Positions 1 to 8,772 are shown, counted from the stretch's first letter. The stretch: DNA of 60,058 nucleotides from an uncultured Dehalococcoidaceae bacterium (GCA_964409485.1 CAYPDM010000002.1:1-60058); one strand, 5' to 3'. Translations and numbers: made by a program. Notes: a model not told the origin generated them from the sequence alone.

Positions 1-422
1 TAAGCGTGGAGAGGTTGAGCGTGGCCGTGCAGGGAGTGGGCGTCGCCCAGGCGGCGCTGGAGCTTTCCCTCGACTACGCCCGGGAGAGAAAAGCCATGGG
101 ACGTCCCATCGCCAGGATGCAGGCGATTCAACAGCAGCTGGCGGAGATGGCTGCTAAAATCGAGGCTGCCCGCTGGCTGGTCTACCGCACCGCTTTCCTC
201 CGCGACCAGGGCCGGAGCATCCAGTACGAGTCCTCCATGGCCAAGCTGTTCGCCTCGCAGGTGGCCGTGGAAGTTACCCGCATGGCAATGCAGGTTCACG
301 GCGCTTACGGAACAATGAAATCGCTGCCGGTGGAACGACTCTACCGGGACGCTAAGATGACCGAGATATACGTAGGCATATCCGAGGTACACCGCAGCAT
401 CATCGCCAATCGGCTGATATAG
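1..422 (+). CDS. acyl-CoA dehydrogenase, C-terminal ~140 aa (5' end outside window)
   Basis: Frame of ORF 6..422 is open to the window edge. C-terminal ACAD-type sequence: LDYARERKAMGRPI...QVHGAYGTMKSLPVERLYRDAKMTEIYVGISEVHRSIIA. Confidence 0.85.
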   Translation, partial: SVERLSVAVQGVGVAQAALELSLDYARERKAMGRPIARMQAIQQQLAEMAAKIEAARWLVYRTAFLRDQGRSIQYESSMAKLFASQVAVEVTRMAMQVHGAYGTMKSLPVERLYRDAKMTEIYVGISEVHRSIIANRLI

Positions 423-434
423 GGGAGTAAAAAC

Positions 435-1604
435 TTGCCCCACAATCATTTTAAATTAATAAAAACATCTAACAACGCCCGCGCCGGCGAGCTTTATACC
501 CCCCACGGCACGGTGACTACCCCGGTATTCATGCCCGTCGGCAGCCAGGCCACGGTCAAGACGCTGACCCCCGCCGAAATTAAAGACACCGGTTTTGACA
601 TGGTGCTGGCGAACACCTATCACCTTTACCTGCGACCGGGCATCGAAGTTATCGAGGAGATGGGCGGACTGCACCGTTTCATGGCCTGGGACGGCGCCAT
701 GCTGACCGATAGCGGCGGCTATCAGGTATTCAGTCTGGCTCCCCTCTGTAAAATCAGCGATGAAGGCGTTACCTTCCGGTCGCATATCGACGGCAGCGAG
801 CATTTCCTCACGCCCGAACTGGCGATTCAATATCAGGAGTCGCTGGGCGCCGACGTTATCATGGTGCTGGACGAGTGCACCGCTTACGGCGACAGCCGGA
901 AAAAAGTCAGTCAAGCGATGGACAGGACGCACCGCTGGGCGGAGAGGTGCCTCAAGGCCCAAAAAGGTAAAACGCAAGCACTCTACGCTATCGTTCAGGG
1001 GGGCATGTTCCCGGAGTTGAGAAAACAGTCGGCGGAGTGCCTGACGGCGCTGGATTTCCCCGGCTACGCTATCGGCGGCTTGAGTGTCGGTGAGCCCAAG
1101 GAGACGACCTTCGCCATGGTGGAGGAGACCGCCGCCCTGCTGCCAGTCGAAAAACCGCGCTATCTCATGGGCGTCGGCTCGCCGGAGGATATCGTCGAGG
1201 CGGTGGCGCGGGGCATAGATATCTTCGATTGCGCCCTGCCCGCGCGCGTGGCCCGCAACGGCGCCCTCTTTACGAGTAAGGGGAGGGTGAATATCCGCCG
1301 GGCGGCTTACCGCAAGATGGACGCCCCCATCGACCCCGATTGCGATTGTTATGCCTGCCGCAACTTTACCGCCGCCTACTTGAGCCACCTTTTCCGCGCC
1401 GATGAGCTTCTCGGCCTGCGACTTGCCACCGTACACAACCTGCGCTTTATCGCCAATCTGGTGCGTAAAATAAGGAATTCAATCCTCGCTGATACTTTCG
1501 AGGATTTCCGCCGGGACTTTCTGGCTGCCTATCAGCCCACCGACGAAAAAGCGCGCGTGGAGCAGAAGGGGAAGTGGTTGAAGGGGAGGGAGAAAGAGGG
1601 GTAG
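435..1604 (+). CDS. tgt: queuine tRNA-ribosyltransferase (tRNA-guanine transglycosylase)
   Basis: 389 aa, TTG start. TGT motifs LTDSGGYQVFSL, VLDECT, GGLSVGEPK and zinc site CDCYAC..H. Confidence 0.95.
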   Translation: MPHNHFKLIKTSNNARAGELYTPHGTVTTPVFMPVGSQATVKTLTPAEIKDTGFDMVLANTYHLYLRPGIEVIEEMGGLHRFMAWDGAMLTDSGGYQVFSLAPLCKISDEGVTFRSHIDGSEHFLTPELAIQYQESLGADVIMVLDECTAYGDSRKKVSQAMDRTHRWAERCLKAQKGKTQALYAIVQGGMFPELRKQSAECLTALDFPGYAIGGLSVGEPKETTFAMVEETAALLPVEKPRYLMGVGSPEDIVEAVARGIDIFDCALPARVARNGALFTSKGRVNIRRAAYRKMDAPIDPDCDCYACRNFTAAYLSHLFRADELLGLRLATVHNLRFIANLVRKIRNSILADTFEDFRRDFLAAYQPTDEKARVEQKGKWLKGREKEG

Positions 1605-1617
1605 ATAGCATTGATAT

Positions 1618-1782
1618 CCCCCCACACCATCCCTCGGCTGTTATCTTTACCCACCCGCGCCGCCCTCGCATCATTCTTTGCTTATCCCGCAAGATATTGT
1701 CCTGCCCCCTTACCCTTTACTCCCCATTCTGCTACAATAGCAATATCAGCCCTCCGCAATATCGGGAACAGGGAGGTGGAGC
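1618..1782 (+). repeat. short member of the composite intergenic repeat family (C-rich left end, conserved box, G-rich right end)
   Basis: Box TTATCTTTACCCACCCGCGCCGCCCTCGCATCATTC at 1641-1688 matches the boxes at 12827, 32099, 43789, 52695 and 57024. The right end AACAGGGAGGTGGAGC (1767-1782) matches the family terminus ACAGGGGnGAGGT. Confidence 0.6.
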
Positions 1783-1950
1783 ATGGAAAAGGAAGAACCC
1801 GTAGGAAAAGGTAAGGGACTCGGTGTCTACAGGATAGGGGAGAAATACCACTGCGAGGAGTGCCACCAGGAGGTGCCCATCAAGCAGGCATGCCCCATCT
1901 GTAAAAAGGAAATCGACTGGGAACGGGTTATGTGGGAACTGCGGGCTTGA
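1783..1950 (+). CDS. small zinc-ribbon protein (55 aa), paralogue of 17802..17987
   Basis: ATG preceded by GGGAGGTGGAG. Translation MEKEEPVGKGKGLGVYRIGEKYHCEECHQEVPIKQACPICKKEIDWERVMWELRA has a CxxC...CPxC pair. It is below the ORF-track length cut-off. Confidence 0.6.
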   Translation: MEKEEPVGKGKGLGVYRIGEKYHCEECHQEVPIKQACPICKKEIDWERVMWELRA

Positions 1951-1962
1951 TATTCAAACGGT

Positions 1963-2235
1963 TCAACCGCCGAAGATTATAAATACTAAATTCAGCTTGT
2001 CGCCGTCCTTGACCTTCTTCGTCATCTCTTTCGGGTAGGCGCTCTCGCCGTTCACGTAAACATCGTAGGCACGCTGCAGTTCACCTTCCTTGGTTAGCAG
2101 CAGCTTTTCCAGCCTGGGGTACTGCTTGAACAGCCCTTTAAGGCACTCGCCGACTGTTCTCCCTTCCACCTGGAAGGTCAGCTTGTTATCCGTAAATCTC
2201 CCGAATATCGATGATAGTTCTATCTCTACGCTCAT
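1963..2235 (-). CDS. MoaD/ThiS-family ubiquitin-like sulfur carrier (C-terminal Gly-Gly)
   Basis: 90 aa ending ...LNLVFIIFGG. Beta-grasp carrier size. Lies 16 nt downstream of a ThiF/MoeB-like E1 gene. Confidence 0.8.
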   Translation of the reverse strand: MSVEIELSSIFGRFTDNKLTFQVEGRTVGECLKGLFKQYPRLEKLLLTKEGELQRAYDVYVNGESAYPKEMTKKVKDGDKLNLVFIIFGG

Positions 2236-2251
2236 TAATCGCTCACCTGTA

Positions 2252-2986
2252 TCAAAGTTTCCCGCAGTGCTCGCAGTCCGGGTCCCGCTTGACCCTGAAC
2301 TCGTTGAATGTCATTTTAATTGCGTCGAAGTTCAACAGCCGGCCGGTCAGCAGTTCCCCCAGTCCCGTGATGTATTTTATTACCTCGGCGGCCTGGATGC
2401 AGCCGATAACCGCCGGCGTGATGCCGATAACCGGGAACTTCTCGGACGGCGCGGTGGCCCCGTGGTAGATGCAGTTCAGACAGGCCGACTTTCCCGGTAT
2501 GACCGTCATGGCCCTGCCTTCGAAGCCGTAGACCGCCCCGTGGAAGAACGGTATTTTCTTGTCTATCGCCGTTTTATTAAGCAGGTATCGTGTCGGCAGG
2601 TTGTCCATGGCGTCGACGATTAAGTCGGAGTCGCCCACCAGTTGCGCTGCGTTGGCGTCGGTAATAGTCTCGGCGATGGCTTCTATTTTAATGTCCGGAT
2701 TCAGTTTCTCCAGTTTTTCCGCTGCCGATTTGGCTTTACCTTTACCGATGTCTTCGTCATGGTACAGCACCTGCCGGTTCAGATTGCTCAATTCCACCTT
2801 GTCGCGGTCGGCAATTCGTATCGTGCCCGCGCCCGCGGCGGCCAGGTAGAGGGCTATCGGCGAGCCGAGTCCGCCGGCCCCGGCGATGAAGACTTTAGCC
2901 TTCTTGAGCTTCTCCTGCCCCTCCTCCCCGAAACCGTACAGCATTATCTGCCGGTCGTACCGCTGAAATTCTCTCTCGGTAAGCAT
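2252..2986 (-). CDS. ThiF/MoeB/HesA-family E1-like adenylyltransferase
   Basis: 244 aa. RYDRQI..., nucleotide loop AGAGGLGS, DxDxVxxSNLNRQ, two CxxC pairs (CLNC, CEHC). No rhodanese domain. Confidence 0.9.
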   Translation of the reverse strand: MLTEREFQRYDRQIMLYGFGEEGQEKLKKAKVFIAGAGGLGSPIALYLAAAGAGTIRIADRDKVELSNLNRQVLYHDEDIGKGKAKSAAEKLEKLNPDIKIEAIAETITDANAAQLVGDSDLIVDAMDNLPTRYLLNKTAIDKKIPFFHGAVYGFEGRAMTVIPGKSACLNCIYHGATAPSEKFPVIGITPAVIGCIQAAEVIKYITGLGELLTGRLLNFDAIKMTFNEFRVKRDPDCEHCGKL

Positions 2987-2998
2987 ATTATCTCCCGA

Positions 2999-3322
2999 CT
3001 AGGTTACTTCGCTGTCTATCCAGTCGAGGTATTCCTGGCTGCCGCCGACGATGGGGAGGGCGATTATTTCCGGGACGCTGTAGCTGTGTATCTTCCTCAC
3101 CGATTTCACGATATCCGGCAGCAGCGTATCTTTGGTCTTAACAACGAGAAGGCATTCCTGCGCCGAATCCAACCTGTTCTGCCACCAGAAATGCGAATTG
3201 ACTCCGGGCACGATGTTGACGCAGGCGGCCTGCCTTCGCTTGAGCAGCTGCCTGGCTATCTTCTCCGCCTCTTCGTTGTCCCTGGCGTTAATATAAACGA
3301 CGATGTAGTTATGCTGTTTCAT
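2999..3322 (-). CDS. cutA: divalent-cation tolerance protein CutA
   Basis: 107 aa, CutA1-like throughout (VVYINARDNEEAEKIARQLL...WWQNRL...VPEIIALPI..G...YLDWI). Confidence 0.85.
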   Translation of the reverse strand: MKQHNYIVVYINARDNEEAEKIARQLLKRRQAACVNIVPGVNSHFWWQNRLDSAQECLLVVKTKDTLLPDIVKSVRKIHSYSVPEIIALPIVGGSQEYLDWIDSEVT

Positions 3323-3326
3323 TCTC

Positions 3327-4235
3327 TTACACTATCGCCAGCATACGGTCGACGGCCGCTCTGGCCCGCACGCGTATTTCCTCCGGCACCCTTACCTCGG
3401 GCGCCATCGTCTCCAGCGACTTTTCCACTTTGTCCGGCGTGATGAGCTTCATATCGGGGCAGATGGCCTTTTCGGAAGCCGGGATGAACTTCTTGCCCGG
3501 GTTTTCCTTGCGGAGCCGGTGTAATATTTCCACCTCCGTCCCGACAATCAGCTCGCTGACGTCCGCACGGGCGGCGTATCGGATGATGCCGCTGGTGCTT
3601 AAAGCTTCGTCGGCGAGGGCGATAACCTCGGGTCGGCACTCCGGGTGCACCACTGTCTTGGCCCCGGGATGCTCGCGCTGGCACCGTTCGATGTCCTCTG
3701 GCGATATGTTGGCGTGGGTAGGGCAGTAGCCGGGCCAGAGGGTCATATTCCTGCCTGTCTTGGATATGATATATTTTCCCAGGTACTGGTCCGGGACGAA
3801 CAGTATATTATCGCTGTCGATTTGAGCCACCACCTTGACCCCGTTGGCGGAAGTACAGCAGTAGTCGGATTCCGCCTTGACTTCGGCGGAGGAGTTGACG
3901 TAGGTAACCACGATGACGCCGGGGAGTTCCTTCTTTTTCTGCCGCAGTTGCTCGGCGGTAATCATGTCCGCCATGGGGCAGCCCGCGCCCGCGTCCGGCA
4001 GCAGCACCGTCTTCTCCGGCGAAAGTATGAAAGCTGTTTCCGCCATAAAGTGGACGCCGCAGAAGACGATAACATCGGCGTCGGTCCTGGCCGCTATCTG
4101 GCTAAGCTCCAGGGAATCCCCGACGTAGTCCGCCATGTCCTGCACCTCGCCGTACTGGTAGTTATGCGCCAGGATAACGGCGTTCCTCTCCTGCTTCAGC
4201 TCAAGGATTCTCTCTTCCAGGGAATTATCGGTCAT
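3327..4235 (-). CDS. nadA: quinolinate synthase
   Basis: 302 aa. ILAHNYQ motif, three-domain NadA pattern, conserved Cys residues (FCGVHFM, GCPMA, CPDM). Confidence 0.93.
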   Translation of the reverse strand: MTDNSLEERILELKQERNAVILAHNYQYGEVQDMADYVGDSLELSQIAARTDADVIVFCGVHFMAETAFILSPEKTVLLPDAGAGCPMADMITAEQLRQKKKELPGVIVVTYVNSSAEVKAESDYCCTSANGVKVVAQIDSDNILFVPDQYLGKYIISKTGRNMTLWPGYCPTHANISPEDIERCQREHPGAKTVVHPECRPEVIALADEALSTSGIIRYAARADVSELIVGTEVEILHRLRKENPGKKFIPASEKAICPDMKLITPDKVEKSLETMAPEVRVPEEIRVRARAAVDRMLAIV

Positions 4236-4287
4236 GCTGCTCTCCGTTTCGCGTTGTCTCTGTTTTTATTGTACCTTATATACGCGT

Positions 4288-5112
4288 CTATTCACAGAGT
4301 ATTCTTTCCGCGCCGGTATACACCTTCATGCCAGCCTCTTTGATGACTCTAACTTCCATGTCCGTGTTGAGTTTAGTGCCGGCGTCACGGACAAAGCCGA
4401 TGACGGTCAAACCGCACTTCCCGGCGATTTCCAGTCCGGTGCTGGTTACCGCCGTCTTTGTCGCCGCAATCGGGATTCCGGCGCGGCAGATTTTGGTCAC
4501 CATTTCCGATGCCATCCGACCGGTCGATGCCAGGAGGGTGTCGCTGAAATCGATTTTATTGATGAGTCCGTAGCCTATCACTTTATCTATGGTGTTGTGC
4601 CGCCCGATATCTTCGGCTATGCAGATAGGGCTTGCCGACGGCGTAAATAGCCCGGCGGTGTGTGTACCTTCGGTTGCCTTGTATATCTCGGCTTTTTCAA
4701 AAATGGTGTTCATCGCCAGGAATATCTCTTTTTTCCTGATTTTCATCCGCGAATGTATCCGGGGAAGCCCCGTGCCGTTTGAGAATGCCGATAAGCCGCC
4801 CCCGGAGACAAGACGGTAGTCAGACCTCTTTATCTTCTCTGATATCCTGCCGGCGTCTTTCACCGTCACTCTGGCGTCGCTGCCCTCAATGTCTATTGTT
4901 TCCAGTTCTTCCACGCTGTCTATCAGCCCCTGCCCGAATAGGTATCCGGTGACGAGCTCTCTTTCCATCAGGGCGGACATCATAATTGTCGTATAGTGTT
5001 TCTTGTTGATATAAATCGACAGGCCGGTTTCTCTGACCACGTTCTCGCTGGCGCTGGTGGTTCGGTCATTTATTCTGGTATACTCGACTTTTTTCTGGGT
5101 TCTATTTTTCAT
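4288..5112 (-). CDS. fdhD: FdhD-family (formate dehydrogenase accessory sulfurtransferase-like) protein lacking the loop Cys pair
   Basis: 274 aa. C-terminal FdhD signature EDIGRHNTIDKVIGY...TGRMASEMVTKICRAGIPIAATKTAVTSTGLEIA. The position of the SSCGxCG loop reads VSGGGLSAF. Confidence 0.8.
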   Translation of the reverse strand: MKNRTQKKVEYTRINDRTTSASENVVRETGLSIYINKKHYTTIMMSALMERELVTGYLFGQGLIDSVEELETIDIEGSDARVTVKDAGRISEKIKRSDYRLVSGGGLSAFSNGTGLPRIHSRMKIRKKEIFLAMNTIFEKAEIYKATEGTHTAGLFTPSASPICIAEDIGRHNTIDKVIGYGLINKIDFSDTLLASTGRMASEMVTKICRAGIPIAATKTAVTSTGLEIAGKCGLTVIGFVRDAGTKLNTDMEVRVIKEAGMKVYTGAERILCE

Positions 5113-5123
5113 GCTTAACTCCG

Positions 5124-6155
5124 TTATTTTATCGTGCCCCCGCCGACGACTTTATCCCCTTCGTAAAAAACGATTGTCTGGCCGGGGGCAATGGCCGACT
5201 GCGCTTCGGCAAACTTTACATAAACGCTACCGTTCTCCAGGGGACTAACGATTGCTTTCGCTTCTGCGTGGCGGTACCTTATGCTCGCTTTAACCTTGAT
5301 GGCGGCATCGGGTCTGTCGATGGCAATCCAGTTCATGTCGCCGGCTGTCAGCTCCGTGCCGTACGTTTCCTCTTTGCTCCCGACTATAATAGCATTCTTC
5401 TCCACGTCGATGGCGATTACGTATAAAGGTGCTTCGGCGGCTATGCCCAGTCCCCGGCGCTGGCCTACGGTATAGTAAATAATCCCCCGGTGCTCTCCTA
5501 AAATGTTCCCTTGACTGTCAAGTATCGGGCCGGGTCGCGGGGTCCGGGGGATGTTTTCATTGAGAAATCCGGCGTAGTCGTCGTCGGGGATAAAGCAGAT
5601 TTCCCGGCTTTCCAGCCTGTCCGCCGCGGGCAGACCCAGTTCCCCGGCGATTTGCCGCACCTTCTCCTTGGTAAGGTGGCCCACCGGAAACACGGCCTTA
5701 CTTAACTGTTCCTGGTCGAGCCGGCAGAGAAAATAAGACTGGTCTTTCCGTGTATCCGCGCCTTTATTTAAGAAGTATCTGCCGGTATTTTCGTCTCTCT
5801 CGATGCGCGCGTGGTGCCCCGTGGCGATGCAGTCTGCACCCAGCTCTCCGGCTTTCTCCAGCAGTGCGCCGAACTTTATATGCTTGTTACAGATAACGCA
5901 GGGGTTCGGCGTCCTGCCCCGGGAGTATTCCCGGCGGAAGTCCTCGATGACCCGTTCGGCGAAGACGCGGGTCAGGTCGACGACATGGTGGGGTATGGCC
6001 AGCTCGCGGGCGATGTTCGCGGCGTCGGTCCCGGCGCGGCTGTCGTCGGGCATCAGCCGCATGGTCACCCCGATGACTTCGTGTCCCTGTTCTTTCAGCA
6101 GGGCCGCGGCCACGGAAGAGTCAACACCGCCGCTCATGGCGATTGCTGCTTTCAC
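5124..6155 (-). CDS. mnmA: tRNA-specific 2-thiouridylase
   Basis: 343 aa. PP-loop AMSGGVDSS, catalytic Cys contexts NPCVICNKHIKFG and REICFI. Confidence 0.95.
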   Translation of the reverse strand: MKAAIAMSGGVDSSVAAALLKEQGHEVIGVTMRLMPDDSRAGTDAANIARELAIPHHVVDLTRVFAERVIEDFRREYSRGRTPNPCVICNKHIKFGALLEKAGELGADCIATGHHARIERDENTGRYFLNKGADTRKDQSYFLCRLDQEQLSKAVFPVGHLTKEKVRQIAGELGLPAADRLESREICFIPDDDYAGFLNENIPRTPRPGPILDSQGNILGEHRGIIYYTVGQRRGLGIAAEAPLYVIAIDVEKNAIIVGSKEETYGTELTAGDMNWIAIDRPDAAIKVKASIRYRHAEAKAIVSPLENGSVYVKFAEAQSAIAPGQTIVFYEGDKVVGGGTIK

Positions 6156-6171
6156 TTCGTCTCCCCGGTGC

Positions 6172-7170
6172 TTATATTATGGAAAAGAGGTAACCCAGCG
6201 TCAAGGATACCGCGCAGATGACTCCCAGGTAGACCGCCAGAATCTTGCCGCCGAACTGCTTTCTGATTACCAGGATGGTGCTCCAGCTGGTAACCGGGCC
6301 GACCATCAGCAGGACCATGCTGGCGCCGATGTTCATCCCCTGCGAGATAAAAGCATGCACCAGCGGAACGCTGGCCGTCGAGCAGATGTACATCATCACC
6401 CCGAAGACGAGGCTGAACGGGTAGGCGTAACCGCCGCCGAAATAGTCCCCGATGAATTTCCCCACCGGGGTAATCGATGCCACCAGGGCCGCCAGCACCA
6501 GTCCCAGCAGCAGCTCAAGTCCGATATCCCTGGGCATATCCACGAAGGCATACCTTAATACATGCTTCAGGCGGTGTAACGTCTTCTGCCGGGTGGTTTT
6601 TGGGACGGTTTTCATGTCGCTCTCGAAGGCCGCCCGACAGTGGGAGCAGCAGAAATAATATGTCGCCCCTTCGTATTCCGCTTTCAACGCCGTGTCTTTT
6701 TCGACCCTCCCCCCGCAGGTAGGGCAGGTGGCGTATTTATCTTCTTCGGCCGCCGCTTTCGGTTTGGTGTGGAAAAGGTTGCCGATGACGCCTATAATAA
6801 GTCCCATGACGATGACGGCAAAAAAGATATAGACGGTGAACTTCAACCCCAGCATGCCGTAGGAAACCAGCAGCGCCGATAGGGACGTGGCCGGGGTCGC
6901 CACCATGAAGGCCAGCACGGGTCCCAGGCGGGCGCCTTTCTGGCGGAGGCTGATGGCCACCGGCAGCGAGCCGATGCAGCAGATGGGTAAGACCGCCCCG
7001 ACCAGCGTTGAGTAGAGGAGCGGCTTCAATCCCTTCCCCCCGAGGTGTTTTTCTACCCAGCTGGTGGGGACGAATTCGTTGATTATGCCGCTAAGGAAAA
7101 AACCTATGGCCAGGTAGGGCAGTAACTCGATCAGGTAATCTTTAAATGTGATTAGTAATTGGACTATCAC
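6172..7170 (-). CDS. UPF0718/ArsP-type permease with an internal YHS (TRASH-like) metal-binding domain (SO_0444-like putative metal transporter)
   Basis: 332 aa. Two hydrophobic halves separated by CPTCGGRVEKDTALKAEYEGATYYFCCSHCRAAFE, which fits the YHS pattern. The N-half carries LPICCIGSLP. Confidence 0.75.
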   Translation of the reverse strand: MIVQLLITFKDYLIELLPYLAIGFFLSGIINEFVPTSWVEKHLGGKGLKPLLYSTLVGAVLPICCIGSLPVAISLRQKGARLGPVLAFMVATPATSLSALLVSYGMLGLKFTVYIFFAVIVMGLIIGVIGNLFHTKPKAAAEEDKYATCPTCGGRVEKDTALKAEYEGATYYFCCSHCRAAFESDMKTVPKTTRQKTLHRLKHVLRYAFVDMPRDIGLELLLGLVLAALVASITPVGKFIGDYFGGGYAYPFSLVFGVMMYICSTASVPLVHAFISQGMNIGASMVLLMVGPVTSWSTILVIRKQFGGKILAVYLGVICAVSLTLGYLFSII

Positions 7171-7173
7171 AGC

Positions 7174-7950
7174 TTACTTCAATTTCTCAAGGACGACTCT
7201 GGCGGCGGCTTCGCCCGATAGGAACATGGAGCCGAAGGTCGGGCCCATGCGGGGCAGTCCGTAGACGGCGCCGACCGCCATGCCGGTGACGATCAGGCCG
7301 GGAAAACACTCCCCGGTATGCTCCACGATAAGGTCTTCCGACTTTTCAATCCACAGGGCGCCTTCGCCTTTGGTCTTTATCAGGCCGCGCTGCTCCAGCT
7401 TTTTCACCACGGTGGCATCGTGCCCCGTGGCGTCTATCAGGAACGGCGCCTCTATGGCGACCGGGTCGAGGGCGGCTACCTGCCGCGGCAGCGATGCCAC
7501 CGCCGACCAGTTGATTACAGCCCCGCATACCCTGCCTTCTTTAACTACCAGGTCTTCCAGCATGGTCATATTGAGGACTTTCACGCCGGCGGCGCAGGCG
7601 GCGGCGATGAGGCTGGAGCAGGCATGAGGAGCGTCGCACACAGCCAGCCCTTCGGTGACGATTTTATACGGTACGCTCAACTCGTCGAGGAGCTTTTCGC
7701 CGGGGTGTCTTACCGTTATCTTGGGCATAAAGTAACCCCCGCTCCAGAAACCGCCGCCGAGGTAGTTGTTGCGTTCTATCAGCACTACCTTTTTACCGGC
7801 CCTGGCGATATTACGCCCGGCGACCAGTCCGCTGGGGCCCGCGCCGACAATTATACAGTCGCTCTCCACGTATTCGTTAAATTCCGCGGCGAACTCGGAT
7901 ATTATGGCGCGGGTGATTGTCTTTTCCCCGACGGGACTGAACTTATCCAT
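7174..7950 (-). CDS. thi4: Thi4-type thiazole synthase (archaeal/eukaryotic type, non-suicide variant likely)
   Basis: 258 aa. FAD/NAD fold IIVGAGPSGL, ...GGGFWSGG..., IDATGHDA motif. No Cys at the SCGHD-equivalent position. Confidence 0.85.
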   Translation of the reverse strand: MDKFSPVGEKTITRAIISEFAAEFNEYVESDCIIVGAGPSGLVAGRNIARAGKKVVLIERNNYLGGGFWSGGYFMPKITVRHPGEKLLDELSVPYKIVTEGLAVCDAPHACSSLIAAACAAGVKVLNMTMLEDLVVKEGRVCGAVINWSAVASLPRQVAALDPVAIEAPFLIDATGHDATVVKKLEQRGLIKTKGEGALWIEKSEDLIVEHTGECFPGLIVTGMAVGAVYGLPRMGPTFGSMFLSGEAAARVVLEKLK

Positions 7951-7989
7951 GGCTAGACTCCTCCCAATTCACATGACCAAAATTAGCGT

Positions 7990-8676
7990 TTAGTCCGTTT
8001 TTTGTTTCTCTGTTGATTCTTGCCGGACGCCTTCCGGGTCTATTGCGCTCTCCAGCTGTTTCAAGCGCTCTTCCAGCCGGTGCTGGTCTTTCAGGATACC
8101 CTTGATGGCCTCGGACACGGGGTCGGGCAGCTTGCCGTGCTCGAGGTCCATGGCCGGTTTCTCACGTTTGGTGACCACCCTACCGGGAATGCCCACGACG
8201 GTTACACCCGGCGGGACGGACTTAATGACTACCGAGCTTGAGCCGATACGCGCTCCGTCGCCGATGGTAATCGGCCCCAGCGCTATCGCCCCGCTTCCCA
8301 TCTCCACCCCGTTTCCCAGCGTGGGGTGGCGTTTTTTCTTTTCCAGGGTCGTTCCACCCAGCACCACTCCCTGGTAAAGCAGTACGTCGTCGCCTATCTC
8401 GCTCGTCTCCCCGATAACCACGCCGGAACCGTGGTCGATAAAGCACCGCCTGCCGATGACGGCCCCGGGGTGAATTTCAATCCCCGTGAAAAAGCGGCTG
8501 ATGTGGGAGATAAAGCGGGCGAGATAGTAAAGCTTGTGTTGCCAGAAAAAATGCGCCGCGCGGTGCGCCCACAGGGCGTGCAGGCCCGGGTAGCATGTAA
8601 TTGCCTCCAGCACGCTCCGGGCGGCGGGGTCTTTGGCAAACACCGTTTTAATATCTTCTCTCAAGGTGTTAAACAC
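7990..8676 (-). CDS. cysE: serine O-acetyltransferase
   Basis: 228 aa. N-terminal SATase helix region (DPAARS..E....YPG..A...HR.AH) followed by left-handed beta-helix hexapeptide repeats. Confidence 0.92.
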   Translation of the reverse strand: MFNTLREDIKTVFAKDPAARSVLEAITCYPGLHALWAHRAAHFFWQHKLYYLARFISHISRFFTGIEIHPGAVIGRRCFIDHGSGVVIGETSEIGDDVLLYQGVVLGGTTLEKKKRHPTLGNGVEMGSGAIALGPITIGDGARIGSSSVVIKSVPPGVTVVGIPGRVVTKREKPAMDLEHGKLPDPVSEAIKGILKDQHRLEERLKQLESAIDPEGVRQESTEKQKTD

Positions 8677-8772
8677 TTACACTGATACCCTTCTTCCTGA
8701 TGCTTCTATTTAAATTATACCTTATTTTTTTACCCTCTGCTTTACCGATGTTTCTTTACGCGTTATTATGGG

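Noticed and set aside
456-1436. 326-aa minus-strand ORF opposite tgt
   Set aside because: tgt on the plus strand has all catalytic and zinc-site motifs. The antisense frame is Gly/Ala/Arg-rich with no signature.
2243-2254. The ThiF/MoeB-like gene ends in UGA; possible Sec read-through, since MoeB-like selenoproteins have been reported
   Set aside because: Read-through would add only Sec-Tyr-Arg before a second UGA. I see no convincing SECIS-like hairpin just downstream. The Cys ligands of the E1 zinc site are all present as Cys.
7951-7989. Looked for a TPP riboswitch upstream of thi4 and other riboswitches (lysine before dapB/asd/dapA, SAM before cysE)
   Set aside because: The spacers are 30-100 nt, too short for these aptamers, and lack their conserved cores. 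These genes appear to be internal members of operons.
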